Of a DNA stretch of 64,000 nt, positions 18,317 to 28,124 are shown piece after piece. Within the stretch, counting starts at the first letter, position 1, and each line of letters begins with the position of its first letter. Origin of the DNA: a virus. Both the position numbers and the translations under genes were made by a program. The notes below the pieces were generated by a model. The model saw only the letters and a list, made by a program, of their open reading frames with translations, ran no database searches and was not told the origin of the DNA. Where the stretch lies: the IMG/VR virus record IMGVR_UViG_3300022562_002256, positions 64,001 to 128,000 of that record; one strand, given 5' to 3'.

Positions 18317-18909
18317 GCGGCCATGGCACCAGCATGCCATGGCGCAAGTTGGCCAGGTTCGAAGAAGGCCAGTTGTGGGGTGCCCCGTTTTTTACGCGTG
18401 CGGTGGCCTCTGCTCTAATCAAGGTGTGCAACGATGCTGGTCGCATTCCCGTGGGGACAGCGGGCAACATCATGAACGTGCTGACATGCCGATGTCGTGT
18501 TGAGCGGGGCGAGGAGCGGTCGTTCGAGAAGCACGTGCAACGGCTGTTTTCCGCCGGCTATTTGTCGTTAGACGACGACGGATGGGTCACCATTCACGGC
18601 TTCATCCCGGACGACCACCCCCCGGTGACCAACCACCCCGCCTCGCTCGTGTATTTCATCACAGCAGGCGGGGATGCACCGATCAAAATCGGCTGCTCAA
18701 CCAACGTTTTCGGACGGCTGGCTACCTTGCAAACCGCTAGCCCGGCCCCACTCGGGGTGGTGTGCACACTGCCTGGTGACAGAACGACAGAAGCGACGTT
18801 GCACCGGCGGTTTAAGGACTACCGTCTCAAGGGTGAGTGGTTCAGCCCGGCGCCACCCATTCTCGACTACATCCGCGAGGTGCAGTCGTCGCGTCCGGTG
18901 GGGTGGTGA
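18313..18909 (+). CDS. T5orf172/MUG113 (GIY-YIG-like) domain protein
   Basis: VYFI..IKIGCS..RLATLQTASP..EATLHRRF..GEWF. Confidence 0.85.
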   Translation: MSGHGTSMPWRKLARFEEGQLWGAPFFTRAVASALIKVCNDAGRIPVGTAGNIMNVLTCRCRVERGEERSFEKHVQRLFSAGYLSLDDDGWVTIHGFIPDDHPPVTNHPASLVYFITAGGDAPIKIGCSTNVFGRLATLQTASPAPLGVVCTLPGDRTTEATLHRRFKDYRLKGEWFSPAPPILDYIREVQSSRPVGW

Positions 18910-18910
18910 C

Positions 18911-20374
18911 ATGGTGTGGGTCCGGTTCCACGAGGAGATCACCATGGGCACCAAGCGAGGCATCCCGCGCGCGCAGCGGTTCGTGCTGATGGAGCTCTCC
19001 CTCAAGGCTCGTCGCCTCGGAGGTCGTGTCGAGCTGCCCTCCGGCATGTCCTACATCGACGCCGTGCATGACCTGCTCGGCGGCAACCGAAAAGAGATCG
19101 CTGATGCGCTGGCGACGTTCGGTGCGGAGGTCGAGCCGGTCATCACGTTCGCCACCGAGGGGACGCGACGGTACTTGGTCCTCACGTCGTGGCAGAAATG
19201 GAACCCCGGCGGGGAGGCCCCGGGAGCCAGCACCGAGCGAAGCCGTCGCAGCCGCGAGGCGATGCGCGCGGCTGCAACGGTCGAGCAACGGTCGAGCGAC
19301 GGTCGAGCAACGGTCGACGCATCGCCCCCGCCTCCCGCGTTGCCTAGCCGTTGCGACGAGCCTGCAACGGTCTCTAGACGGAGAGAGAGAGGAAGAGCAG
19401 AGGGAGATCCAGATGGAGAAGCGCTGAAGACCAGTACCGTTGATCCCCCCGTTGCGCGCGTGGACCGCCATAAATCGCGCGCGCGTGATATAAAGGACTC
19501 TTCCGCCCCCTCGCCGACGAGCGAGCAGCCCGTCGCGGCGGCGGAGGACCATCCGGTCGTTGCAGCCCACCCCTCGCAGCCCGGAGCGCCGCCAGTCGCC
19601 GAGCGGCTCGCGCCTCCCCCAGCCGCACCGGCTGCGCCCCCCGAGCCGTGCCCTGGGTTGCCGGCCATCGCGGACGCGGAGTTCCTCGCTGGGTTGTTCC
19701 GGTCGGTGCCGGCGTTGTCGCGGCTTGCTGGCCGTGAGCGCGAGTTGGATGGCATCGCGGGGCGGTGCGCGACCGGGGCGGTGACGTGCGAGCTCGTCCG
19801 GGGGGCGTTCGACGAGTTCTGTGACGCCCACGCCCATGAGCTCGCGTCGATGGACGAGTCGGCGGTGTTTTCCAAGTTCAACCGCTTCGTCATGCAGGCC
19901 AGGAAGAACGCTCGGCGAGGCGATGGGCGTTTGCCGGCGCAGGAAGGCGGCAAGGCGGCGGTTTCGTTGCCGGGGGTAGGTAGGGTGCCAGGACCAGACG
20001 GTGCGGCCGTTTGCGCCTACGCCGAGGGGCAGGAACGGGCAAGCGGGAAGCCGTACCCCCGGGTGCAGGGCGACAGGCGGGAGCGCGAGGCGTTGGCGGT
20101 CGCCATCGATACGTTCGGGCCTGGTCCGGATGTGTCGGACGAAGCGAAGTGTGAGTGGATTCGGGAGACCAGCGCGGCGTACCGGGCGGCGCAGCCCGAT
20201 CCGACCTACGAGAAGGGCTACAACCCGAGCGCGTTTTTGCGGTGGCTTCAAGGGGGGCAGCCGTCGGCGCTGGCGGCTCTTCGGCGTCGGCAGGGCTTGC
20301 CGATGACGTTGGACGATGAGAGGCTGGCGCGCGGCGAACGGCTTCACTGGATGCCAGCGGAGGGGTCGGCGTGA
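18911..20374 (+). CDS. Replication initiator (lambda O-like by position)
   Basis: Directly upstream of the DnaC-like loader and DnaB; internal iterons; RSRRSREAMR basic linker. Confidence 0.7.
   Translation: MVWVRFHEEITMGTKRGIPRAQRFVLMELSLKARRLGGRVELPSGMSYIDAVHDLLGGNRKEIADALATFGAEVEPVITFATEGTRRYLVLTSWQKWNPGGEAPGASTERSRRSREAMRAAATVEQRSSDGRATVDASPPPPALPSRCDEPATVSRRRERGRAEGDPDGEALKTSTVDPPVARVDRHKSRARDIKDSSAPSPTSEQPVAAAEDHPVVAAHPSQPGAPPVAERLAPPPAAPAAPPEPCPGLPAIADAEFLAGLFRSVPALSRLAGRERELDGIAGRCATGAVTCELVRGAFDEFCDAHAHELASMDESAVFSKFNRFVMQARKNARRGDGRLPAQEGGKAAVSLPGVGRVPGPDGAAVCAYAEGQERASGKPYPRVQGDRREREALAVAIDTFGPGPDVSDEAKCEWIRETSAAYRAAQPDPTYEKGYNPSAFLRWLQGGQPSALAALRRRQGLPMTLDDERLARGERLHWMPAEGSA
19274..19408 (+). 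repeat. Putative replication origin: 4 tandem 11-bp iterons GC(A/G)ACGGTCGA, partial and inverted copies, and a purine tract
   Basis: Copies at 19274, 19285, 19296 and 19307; CCGTTGC at 19348; GCAACGGTC at 19364; GA-rich tract about 19379-19408. Confidence 0.7.
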
Positions 20375-21225
20375 TCAGAACGGGTGGCCTGACGAGTCTC
20401 GCGGCGGACGTGGAGACGGCGGTGCCACGGCGTCACCCGCCGGGTAAGTGCACGATGTGTGGGTGCGACACGGGGCCTGGGGTGTGGTTGTGTGGGCCGT
20501 GCGCGGTGGAGGATGCGCGGCAGCTCCAGGCGCGGGCGGACGAGGCGTGGCTGCGGGAGTACCGGCAGAGCATCGAGCGGGCGCGGCAGAGCATCCCGGA
20601 GCGGTTTCGCGGGCTCACGCCGAGCAACCCGCGTGTGCATGCGCTGCCGGCGGGGTCGCTCGCGGCGGTTCAGCGGGCGGTTGCCTCCGGGGATGTGACC
20701 ATCACGGGCGAGAGTGGGCGGGGCAAGACCACGGCGGCGGCGGCGATGCTGTGGGGGTTGTTCGAGGCGGGGCTCGCGGCGCCGCGCTCGGCGGTGGGGG
20801 CGCTGGCGCGTGGGGCCCGGCTCATCCACGCGCGCGATCTCGCCAAGTCGCGTGCGTTCGGCGACGGGGGGCGGGGTTATGGCGAGGAATCGGCGGAGAT
20901 GCTCATGGCGCACCACGCGACGGTGTTGGTGCTCGACAACGTGGGCGGCGAGGGGAATCAGCCGGGGCGCGCGGACATGATCGCGGAGGTGCTCCACGAC
21001 CGATACCAGCGCGCGGCTCGTACGGTGGTGACCACCACGTTGCCGCTTCGTGTGGCGGTGGATCGGTATGGGCCGGAGATCGGGCGGCGGCTGTTCGACA
21101 CGGCGCAAGTCACGGTGGTGTCGCTCGACCCGGTGCGGGGGGACGCGGGCGGTGGTGGGAGTACGCCGGCGCCGAAACGTGGGCGGGCGGTGCTCATGGG
21201 CGGAGGTGGTTCGGGTGGCTGGTAA
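20371..21225 (+). CDS. DnaC/IstB-like helicase loader ATPase
   Basis: CTMC and CGPC, TGESGRGKT, VLVLDNVG, VLHDRY, TVVTT. Confidence 0.85.
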   Translation: MIRTGGLTSLAADVETAVPRRHPPGKCTMCGCDTGPGVWLCGPCAVEDARQLQARADEAWLREYRQSIERARQSIPERFRGLTPSNPRVHALPAGSLAAVQRAVASGDVTITGESGRGKTTAAAAMLWGLFEAGLAAPRSAVGALARGARLIHARDLAKSRAFGDGGRGYGEESAEMLMAHHATVLVLDNVGGEGNQPGRADMIAEVLHDRYQRAARTVVTTTLPLRVAVDRYGPEIGRRLFDTAQVTVVSLDPVRGDAGGGGSTPAPKRGRAVLMGGGGSGGW

Positions 21226-22825
21226 GCACGGCAAGGGCTACTCCGATGCGTATCCGGCTCGGCTCGAGCCCCCGATGGTGGCGGGGCGCGTGCCCCCGCA
21301 CGACCTCGAGGCGGAGGCGGCTTCGCTTAGCGCGGCGATGCTTGACCGTGGGGCCATGGCCACTGTGCTGGCGCTGTTGAAGCCGGTGCATCCCTACAGC
21401 GAAGCGAATGGGCGGATTCTGGCCGCTATCACGGACCTCGCGTCCACGGGGATCCCGGTGGACATCGTGTCGGTGGCTTCGTGGCTTCGTGACCGGGGGT
21501 GGCTGACGAGCGTGGGGGGGCCTGGTTACCTCGCGCAGATCGCCGACGCGACCCCGGCGGTTCACCACGTACGCGACCATGCCCGGACGGTGGTGGAAAA
21601 GTGGCTTGTACGGCAGGTGATCGCGACGTGCCAGCGCATCGCGGCGGAGGGGTACGGCGACGTTGGGCCGGCGCGTGATTTCGTGAACCGGGCGGCGGCG
21701 GCGCTCGCTGGACTGGCGCAGGACGGGTTCCGGGACGGGCGACCGATTGAGGTGGCCTCGGTGCTGAAGGCGGAAGTCGACCGATTGAGTCGGCAAGCCG
21801 ACCACCCCGAGGAATTCGGGGGCATCGCGACGCGGTACGCGAAGCTCGATGCGAAGCTGTCGGGCTTGCACGGGGGGGAATTGCTCATCTTGGCGGCACG
21901 ACCGGGTATGGGCAAGACCAGCCTGGCGCTGGGGATTGCCCTGAACGTGGCGGCGCCGGTGCGCGAGGAAGCGCCCCTGAGCGTGCCGCAGACGGGGGTT
22001 GTGTTCTTCTCGCACGAAATGCCGCGCGAACAGCTTCTAATGCGGTTGATTTGCTCGGAGGCGCGAGTAGAGCTTGGGCGCTACAGGCAGGCGGAGCGGC
22101 TCACCGGCGGCGATTGGGGGAGGATCTACCAGGCGGTGGACTTCCTTGTTGCTGCTGGGCGCAACCTGTGGATCGATGACACCCCGGCGCAGACGGTTGC
22201 GGCGATATCGGCCAAGGTGCGTGCGCTGCAGACGGAATACAACGTCGAGCCAAAATGGCAAGCATGCCCCACGTGCGGTGGCGTCATCACGCAGGTCGAG
22301 ATCGGCGTGCGGGCGTGGACGTGCCGGGCGTGCACGCCGGACGTGAGCGTCCCGGCGGCGGTGTGGTGGGACCAGCCCCCAGCGCAGTTGGTGCGCGAGC
22401 GCAAGGTGGGGCTGGTCGTGATCGATTATCTCCAGCTTATGAAGGGGCGCGAGGGGGTAGCGAGCCGCGAGCAAGAGATCGGGGAGATATCGAGGGGGTT
22501 GAAGCAAATGGCGAAGGAACTCGGCGTGCCGGTGCTCGCGCTCGCCCAACTCAGCCGCGCCGTCGAACGCCGACCCGACAAGCGCCCGCTGCTGTCCGAC
22601 CTTCGAGAATCGGGGAGCCTCGAGCAAGACGCCGACACCGTGATTTTTATCTACGTCGACGAGTACTACAACCCCGACACGGGGGCGAAAGGGCTGGCCG
22701 AGTTGCTCGTCGGCAAGCAGCGAAACGGCTCGACGGGCAAGGTGGTGGTGCGGTTTGAACGGGCATGCACGCGCTTTGACAACCTGGCAGAGGGTGATTA
22801 CCCTGAGTGGGCAACCGATGGGTGA
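21215..22825 (+). CDS. dnaB: Replicative helicase DnaB with Zn-ribbon insertion
   Basis: RVPPHDLEAE, AARPGMGKT, VIDYLQLM, LAQLSRAVE, SDLRESGSLEQDAD, KQRNG; GTG start at 21215. Confidence 0.95.
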   Translation: MAGKHGKGYSDAYPARLEPPMVAGRVPPHDLEAEAASLSAAMLDRGAMATVLALLKPVHPYSEANGRILAAITDLASTGIPVDIVSVASWLRDRGWLTSVGGPGYLAQIADATPAVHHVRDHARTVVEKWLVRQVIATCQRIAAEGYGDVGPARDFVNRAAAALAGLAQDGFRDGRPIEVASVLKAEVDRLSRQADHPEEFGGIATRYAKLDAKLSGLHGGELLILAARPGMGKTSLALGIALNVAAPVREEAPLSVPQTGVVFFSHEMPREQLLMRLICSEARVELGRYRQAERLTGGDWGRIYQAVDFLVAAGRNLWIDDTPAQTVAAISAKVRALQTEYNVEPKWQACPTCGGVITQVEIGVRAWTCRACTPDVSVPAAVWWDQPPAQLVRERKVGLVVIDYLQLMKGREGVASREQEIGEISRGLKQMAKELGVPVLALAQLSRAVERRPDKRPLLSDLRESGSLEQDADTVIFIYVDEYYNPDTGAKGLAELLVGKQRNGSTGKVVVRFERACTRFDNLAEGDYPEWATDG

Positions 22826-22903
22826 TCCGATACAAGCGCCCGTCCCGTCCCGGTGCGGGGACATGGTGAAGAGGTGTGCGGCCTGCCTGCGGATGAGGTG
22901 GTG

Positions 22904-23179
22904 ATGACAAGGTTCCGGGCGTTGATCGCTGTCAGCATCGGCAACCGTGTGCTCGGCGTCGCGTGTTTTTGCGGTGCCGCATACCTGGCCATCCGGGAAG
23001 GCCAGGTATACAGGGCGCTCTTGGGGGTGTTTTTGGCAGGGCTTACGTGTGCCGTCGGTGTGTTTGATACGATTGGAATTTGGAGGTGCGCACGTGGAGT
23101 CCCAGGGCGCGCTCCGAGTCGTGCGGCGGTGGCTGGATGGACTACCCGTTCCCCCACGGTGCGGTCACGCCGTGCATAG
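22904..23179 (+). CDS. Small membrane protein (2 TM)
   Basis: Two hydrophobic stretches. Confidence 0.5.
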   Translation: MTRFRALIAVSIGNRVLGVACFCGAAYLAIREGQVYRALLGVFLAGLTCAVGVFDTIGIWRCARGVPGRAPSRAAVAGWTTRSPTVRSRRA

Positions 23180-23369
23180 CGGCCGGGCGACCGTCATGCG
23201 CGGCTGGCCATGCATGAAATCGGCGACCCGGATCGTGGGAATGGACATCGGTCACATGGACGTGCTGTGCGACACGGCGCACCCCGAGATCGAACCGCGG
23301 GGCGAATGGATGTGAGTGGTGGCCGATCGTGATGGAGCCGTGGGACGGAGGCGAGGAGCAGAAAGACTA

Positions 23370-24200
23370 ATGAGACATGGCACATATGTGGGGATCAGCG
23401 GGTTTACGGCGGCGGCTGAGGCGCGGGCCGCGCTCGCGCACTTCCGTGGGGTCGGCCTGGCGGCAGCGGGGTGGTTGCTCGGCGTTGGGGTGCTGACGTC
23501 GACCAAGACGCTCCTCGGGCGGTCGAACAGGTGGCCCCTGCGCTACCCACGGTCAGTGTCGGACGTCGAAACGATATTTTTGGACGAGCCCGAAGTGCTT
23601 AACGTGGTGCACGTCTCCCACGACCCAACCCTCGGGGTGCCGGTCTTGGTCGACCTCCAACGGGGGCTCTCCGCCGGGGGGTCGCTGTGTCACGGGCTGC
23701 AAATCAACGGTCTCGCTCTTTGGGACGCACCAACACCGCGACAGCGGCTGGACGAGATGTGGGGCCTGGCCATGTTCCGCGAGCGGCACCCGGACATCCG
23801 TGTCGTCCTGCAGGTGCGGCCGGGCGAGACCGCGGCTCACGACGCGGGGGGGATCCGCATGGTAGCCGGCCTGGTGACGGACGTGCTGCTCGACCCGAGC
23901 GGGGGGCAAGGGCGTCAGAGTGCCTTTGACGGCGTCGGGTTGGCAGCGCGATGCGTCGAGATCCGTGAGGCTTGCCCGTCGGTGAGGGTCGGCGTCGCCG
24001 GCGGCTTGGACGCGGCACTGGTTGAGCAATATGAGCCGACGCCTCTCGGCTACCTGTGGCGCAACCGAGAGGCGAGTAGCGACGCCGAGGGTCGGTTGCG
24101 TGACGATGAGCCGGGTGGCGGACGCCTTGTCGCCGAGAATGTGCGAGCCTACCTGGAGGCGATGGCAAGATGTGGAGGGGCGGCCGGTGTGCCGGTGTGA
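23370..24200 (+). CDS. TrpF/PRAI-like TIM-barrel protein
   Basis: VGISG, LLDPSGGQG, GVAGGL, SDAEGRLRD. Confidence 0.6.
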   Translation: MRHGTYVGISGFTAAAEARAALAHFRGVGLAAAGWLLGVGVLTSTKTLLGRSNRWPLRYPRSVSDVETIFLDEPEVLNVVHVSHDPTLGVPVLVDLQRGLSAGGSLCHGLQINGLALWDAPTPRQRLDEMWGLAMFRERHPDIRVVLQVRPGETAAHDAGGIRMVAGLVTDVLLDPSGGQGRQSAFDGVGLAARCVEIREACPSVRVGVAGGLDAALVEQYEPTPLGYLWRNREASSDAEGRLRDDEPGGGRLVAENVRAYLEAMARCGGAAGVPV

Positions 24201-24203
24201 GAG

Positions 24204-24635
24204 ATGACGCGCGATGATGTTCTCAGACCGGGGTGGTGGGGGCTCCCGGGCCCCGACGGTAACCAGTTGGTGCGGCTTTCTGCTCAGGAAATTGCGGTTA
24301 AGTCGGATGAGCCGGGGTGCGAGCAGGAGTCGTCGTGGCAGTTCGTGGTGGACCCCCAATTGCCATGGGAGTATCTGGGCGACGGCGACTACCCCGAACC
24401 GACCGAGTGGCTTTTGGGGATATGCACCGAAGTGGCGCTGATAATGGTGTATGGCCAACAGGCGGCGCGCGGCGAGATGGCCAGCTACGCGGCGGCAGGC
24501 TACATGCGCGCGACGCGAGCGCTGCTCATGGGGGAGCCGATCGGCGACGAGGAGCACGCCGCGCTGGATGATCCCGCGGTCAAGGCGGTGATTCGGCTTT
24601 TTCGGGATCGGCTGCTCATGACCAGCACGTGGTGA
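24204..24635 (+). CDS. Hypothetical protein
   Basis: Operon context. Confidence 0.55.
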   Translation: MTRDDVLRPGWWGLPGPDGNQLVRLSAQEIAVKSDEPGCEQESSWQFVVDPQLPWEYLGDGDYPEPTEWLLGICTEVALIMVYGQQAARGEMASYAAAGYMRATRALLMGEPIGDEEHAALDDPAVKAVIRLFRDRLLMTSTW

Positions 24636-24724
24636 CGCCGATCGCGGCGATCAAAGAAATGTAGGTGTGGTGGGACGGCCCCGGCGCGCCCGGACGCCAT
24701 GGGGGAAGGCGGGGCCCATGCCCC

Positions 24725-24753
24725 TTGACACACGCGCTGCGGATGGTTATGCC
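24725..24753 (+). promoter_or_regulatory. Promoter TTGACA-N17-TATGCC (TGGTTA class)
   Basis: Intergenic; AAGGAG SD follows. Confidence 0.65.
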
Positions 24754-24772
24754 TCATCGCAAGGAGCGAGTC

Positions 24773-24997
24773 ATGACGACCCATCGCAAACAGCGCATTG
24801 CGCCTCGCACGTGCCCTTTCATCGAGGGAGCCGACCAAGAGATCATGGACTTTATGCCCGCCGGCTTTGGCGCCTTCATGGCGGCTCGCGGCGAAGATGA
24901 GCCGGGGGGGGTATCCGCTGCCGCTGAGCTGATGCTGGGATCGATGGCTGGGGACGAGGACGAGGCGGACTCCGACGGTGGGGGAATTGCCCCGTGA
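24773..24997 (+). CDS. Small acidic protein
   Basis: SD AAGGAG. Confidence 0.55.
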   Translation: MTTHRKQRIAPRTCPFIEGADQEIMDFMPAGFGAFMAARGEDEPGGVSAAAELMLGSMAGDEDEADSDGGGIAP

Positions 24998-26346
24998 CCG
25001 TGAAACTGTACAAACTCACCCGTGATGGGTGTAGCCCGCATACAGGTTACGAGTGGTCGCTTCCGACGCGCTCGGCGCCGGGTGGTTGGCACACGGTGGA
25101 CGCGGGGCCACTCGTACCCCACAAAAACGCGTTCCACCTCACATCGAAGCCGAAGGCCCACTGGAGCGCCGGGCTCGAGGTGTGGGAGGTCGAGGCCGTG
25201 GGCACTAAGCGGCTCGTCAACTGCAGCGAGGCGGAGTACATCGCTCGCAAGGTGCGGTTCGTTCGGCGGCTGACGCCGCGTGAACTCGACGCTTTGGATG
25301 TTGGCGTTGAGCGAACATATCGAACATCGCATCGAGCCGGCGTTCGGCGCCGCGTTCCCAAGGGGATGAGCCCCGTGATGCAGGTGTTGACGGTGGTGCG
25401 TGATCACGCGCTCACGGCCGGTAACCGTCGGGGCGACAACATGTTTGCCTACGTGATGCGTCGCCTGTTCGACGTGGTGGTCGAGGCGCGAATGGACTTC
25501 GCGCCGGCGGACTTCGCCGAGATCGCTAAGCTGGGGGGCTTGGGAGTCGGGAGCGAGGCGGTTTATGCGGCACTGGTGCAGAGCGGCAACGCGTCGGCGT
25601 TGAAAGCGTGGGAGGCGTGGCAGGGGCGCACGCCGTGGATGTGGCAGGGGCGGCGCCTCTACGTCGGCGCGCCGCTGAGATGGCGAGGCCGTGAGTGCAA
25701 GGTCACGGCCATTGACGACGCCACAGGCACAATCCGTGCCTGTGCCTACCACCAACGCCAATACAACGATCGAGGATACCCGATAGACGACTTGCGGGTG
25801 TCCCAAAGGCACCGGATCACGAAGGCGGCGCTTGCGGACGCGGACAAGGCGCAAAAGTTGGCGGACGCGTGGCTTGAGAAGAGCGCTGCGCTCGCCAAGT
25901 TGATCTACGGGAAGCAAACGTCCCGTCCGCGCCGCCATCGCTCTGCCGCACACGCGGCGTTTTGGATGGGCGATCACGCCATCATGATCGCGATGTGGTC
26001 GGCGGAGGAGCGTGCGGAGGCCGAGGAGTGGGCGCGGCTTCGCGACGCCGACCGCGGGAAGACGCGCGTCAGGGTAGCCGCCCCCCCGGTGTGTGTGCTG
26101 GCCACGGCCGATGCCATAAAGCTCCACAAGGACGCTGAGACGGCGGCCTCTCGGGCGTTTGGAGACGCGTTGGCGGCCCGCGGAACGAGCGCGGCTTCTC
26201 CGGTGTATGAGCCTGTGACTGGGACGCCCGTGTGTGCGGCGAGCGAGGCGCTGGGGCGTTGGGCGGAGGCGGCATGCGCCGGCTTCCCGGCGCAACACCT
26301 TGCCCCATCGACGAAGGTGCCCGCTAGGAAGGCAAGGGCGGCGTGA
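24994..26346 (+). CDS. Hypothetical protein
   Basis: 450 aa; GTGA coupling. Confidence 0.7.
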   Translation: MTVKLYKLTRDGCSPHTGYEWSLPTRSAPGGWHTVDAGPLVPHKNAFHLTSKPKAHWSAGLEVWEVEAVGTKRLVNCSEAEYIARKVRFVRRLTPRELDALDVGVERTYRTSHRAGVRRRVPKGMSPVMQVLTVVRDHALTAGNRRGDNMFAYVMRRLFDVVVEARMDFAPADFAEIAKLGGLGVGSEAVYAALVQSGNASALKAWEAWQGRTPWMWQGRRLYVGAPLRWRGRECKVTAIDDATGTIRACAYHQRQYNDRGYPIDDLRVSQRHRITKAALADADKAQKLADAWLEKSAALAKLIYGKQTSRPRRHRSAAHAAFWMGDHAIMIAMWSAEERAEAEEWARLRDADRGKTRVRVAAPPVCVLATADAIKLHKDAETAASRAFGDALAARGTSAASPVYEPVTGTPVCAASEALGRWAEAACAGFPAQHLAPSTKVPARKARAA

Positions 26347-26469
26347 GCGGGGTCTGGCTTCTTGCGGTCACGGCTTGCACGGCCTACCAGCGGACGAGAC
26401 CGACCACGGGGTGTGCGCGTGGCTGTGGACATCCGGCCATGACGTCGGCCGCGCGATAGCGAGGCGGAC

Positions 26470-26658
26470 GTGCTAAGCCTTTCAACTCGCCTGCTCGTGG
26501 TCGGTGTGGTCTGGGGGTTGATGGTGGCATGGGGTTTTGTCGCTGGCGTCGTCGACGGGTATAGAGGCGTAGTCGGTGACCTGAATCACCCGCTGGCCGT
26601 CGTTTGGATGCCTGGCAGGAAGGTCGGCGCGTGGTTGCGTCGGCACGGTCGGAGGTAA
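26470..26658 (+). CDS. Small membrane protein
   Basis: Hydrophobic N-terminus. Confidence 0.45.
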   Translation: MLSLSTRLLVVGVVWGLMVAWGFVAGVVDGYRGVVGDLNHPLAVVWMPGRKVGAWLRRHGRR

Positions 26659-26660
26659 GC

Positions 26661-27023
26661 ATGGGAACGTTTTACGGCTTGTTTACGCAGAGCGGTGAGG
26701 GGTGTGACTACACGATCGGCTGTGGTATGGTGTGGCGAAAGCTGAGGGCCACCACGCCGGAGGAGGCAGTGACCGAGGCGATGGGTGCGTTCTCGCTCGA
26801 GGTGTCGGACGTCCACAACATCGAGGTCATTCGTGTCGTCGAGGTCGCGGCTGAGATTGACCTGGCTGATGAGATAAAGGCGGCACGGCAGGTCATCAAA
26901 GAAGAGCGTGCCGCGTCGGCGCGGGCCGCGAAGCGTGCCCAGATCGAGCGACTGCAACGAGAGTTGGATGGCGTCGAGGGGGAGGCGGCGAGCATCGCAC
27001 GGTGCGATCACCGCCACGGTTAG
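26661..27023 (+). CDS. Hypothetical protein (GEGCDYTIGCG motif)
   Basis: SD GGAGG. Confidence 0.65.
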   Translation: MGTFYGLFTQSGEGCDYTIGCGMVWRKLRATTPEEAVTEAMGAFSLEVSDVHNIEVIRVVEVAAEIDLADEIKAARQVIKEERAASARAAKRAQIERLQRELDGVEGEAASIARCDHRHG

Positions 27024-27042
27024 TGGCCAAAGGAGGAGAACG

Positions 27043-27363
27043 ATGAGCAGAGGTGCGTGGGTAGTATCCATGGTAATGGTCGTGGTGCTCGGGATGATTT
27101 CGACCTTGGGTGCGGTCGAGTGCGCCACAGGCGACAAGATACGGAGCGCCGCCGAGGACGAGGCGCGAACGTTCGCGCAGACCCTCGGCTTGGATGACGT
27201 CGGCGTGTCGTGCGCCGACGTAGACAGCGACGGCGACGGGTACGTGAGCTGCGCGATCAACGCGGGGGCAGCCGGATTTCGTGCGGTTGAGTGCCGCAGT
27301 CGGTGGGCGATTGGGCATGGGTGCCGCGTTCCGAAGTTGCGCGCGGTCAGCCAAGAGCCGTAA
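27043..27363 (+). CDS. Exported Cys-rich protein (DSDGDGYVSC motif)
   Basis: SD AGGAGG; signal-like N-terminus. Confidence 0.7.
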   Translation: MSRGAWVVSMVMVVVLGMISTLGAVECATGDKIRSAAEDEARTFAQTLGLDDVGVSCADVDSDGDGYVSCAINAGAAGFRAVECRSRWAIGHGCRVPKLRAVSQEP

Positions 27364-27431
27364 CGACCACGCCGATCGAGGCGTCGACAACGGCGCCGGG
27401 GCGACTTATACTGCTGACCGAGCGGACAGCC

Positions 27432-27692
27432 ATGGCGATGTGTCGGAAGTGCAACAGGGGTGGGACAAAGAGGCACGCACGTGGCTGTCCGCGTCGGGGG
27501 GCGTGCCACAAGAAGGGAGCCGCCGCGCGAGCGGCGTACGAGCAGCGGATGGTCGCCGCGAACGCGGAACTCGAGGCGGCAAACCAGGTGCTCGCAGAGC
27601 TGCAGCGGTTGCAGCGCGGGAAGGCGGGCGACTTCCGCGTGGTGTCGTTTGCCGTGCCAGTCCGGTGGACAGAGCACCCGCTTCCGCCGTGA
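27432..27692 (+). CDS. Hypothetical protein
   Basis: CRKC plus coiled coil. Confidence 0.5.
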   Translation: MAMCRKCNRGGTKRHARGCPRRGACHKKGAAARAAYEQRMVAANAELEAANQVLAELQRLQRGKAGDFRVVSFAVPVRWTEHPLPP

Positions 27693-27697
27693 GCACG

Positions 27698-27970
27698 ATG
27701 CGGTTGGCGTGCCGGTGCTGTGGCGACGAGGCTTGTTTGCCGACGTTGCCGGATGTTGGCGAGGACGCGTTCTGCGACCATTGCCGCAGCGTGGTAGAAC
27801 GAACCCCGCCGCCCAAACGAGCGGCGTGCTCACGTGATGAGCACGTGGGTGACGTGTGGCGAACCACGTTGGACGTGCTGGCCGAGGACGCCGCCGATGC
27901 GGCGTGGAGCGAAGAGGAGTGGTGGAGCGAACCACCACGAAGGGACACCTATGGGTATCATCACGGTTGA
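27698..27970 (+). CDS. Hypothetical Zn-ribbon protein
   Basis: CRCC and CDHC. Confidence 0.5.
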   Translation: MRLACRCCGDEACLPTLPDVGEDAFCDHCRSVVERTPPPKRAACSRDEHVGDVWRTTLDVLAEDAADAAWSEEEWWSEPPRRDTYGYHHG

Positions 27971-28124
27971 GTGGGTCGCGCGCTACCTGTTGACGGCGGA
28001 GGTGTGGGCCGAGGTCGGGTGGCTCGCGGCGGGGGACACGGCTGGGCCCCACGCGGTTGGGTACGCGTCTGCTCTCGCAGAGGGGGAACGCCGCTTGCGC
28101 GCGGCGGTGGGTGGGTCGGCGTGA
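27951..28124 (+). CDS. Hypothetical protein
   Basis: Coupled ORF. Confidence 0.45.
   Translation: MGIITVEWVARYLLTAEVWAEVGWLAAGDTAGPHAVGYASALAEGERRLRAAVGGSA

Noticed and set aside
22240-22400. Intein in DnaB
   Set aside because: Too short, with no C/S start or HN-C/S/T end
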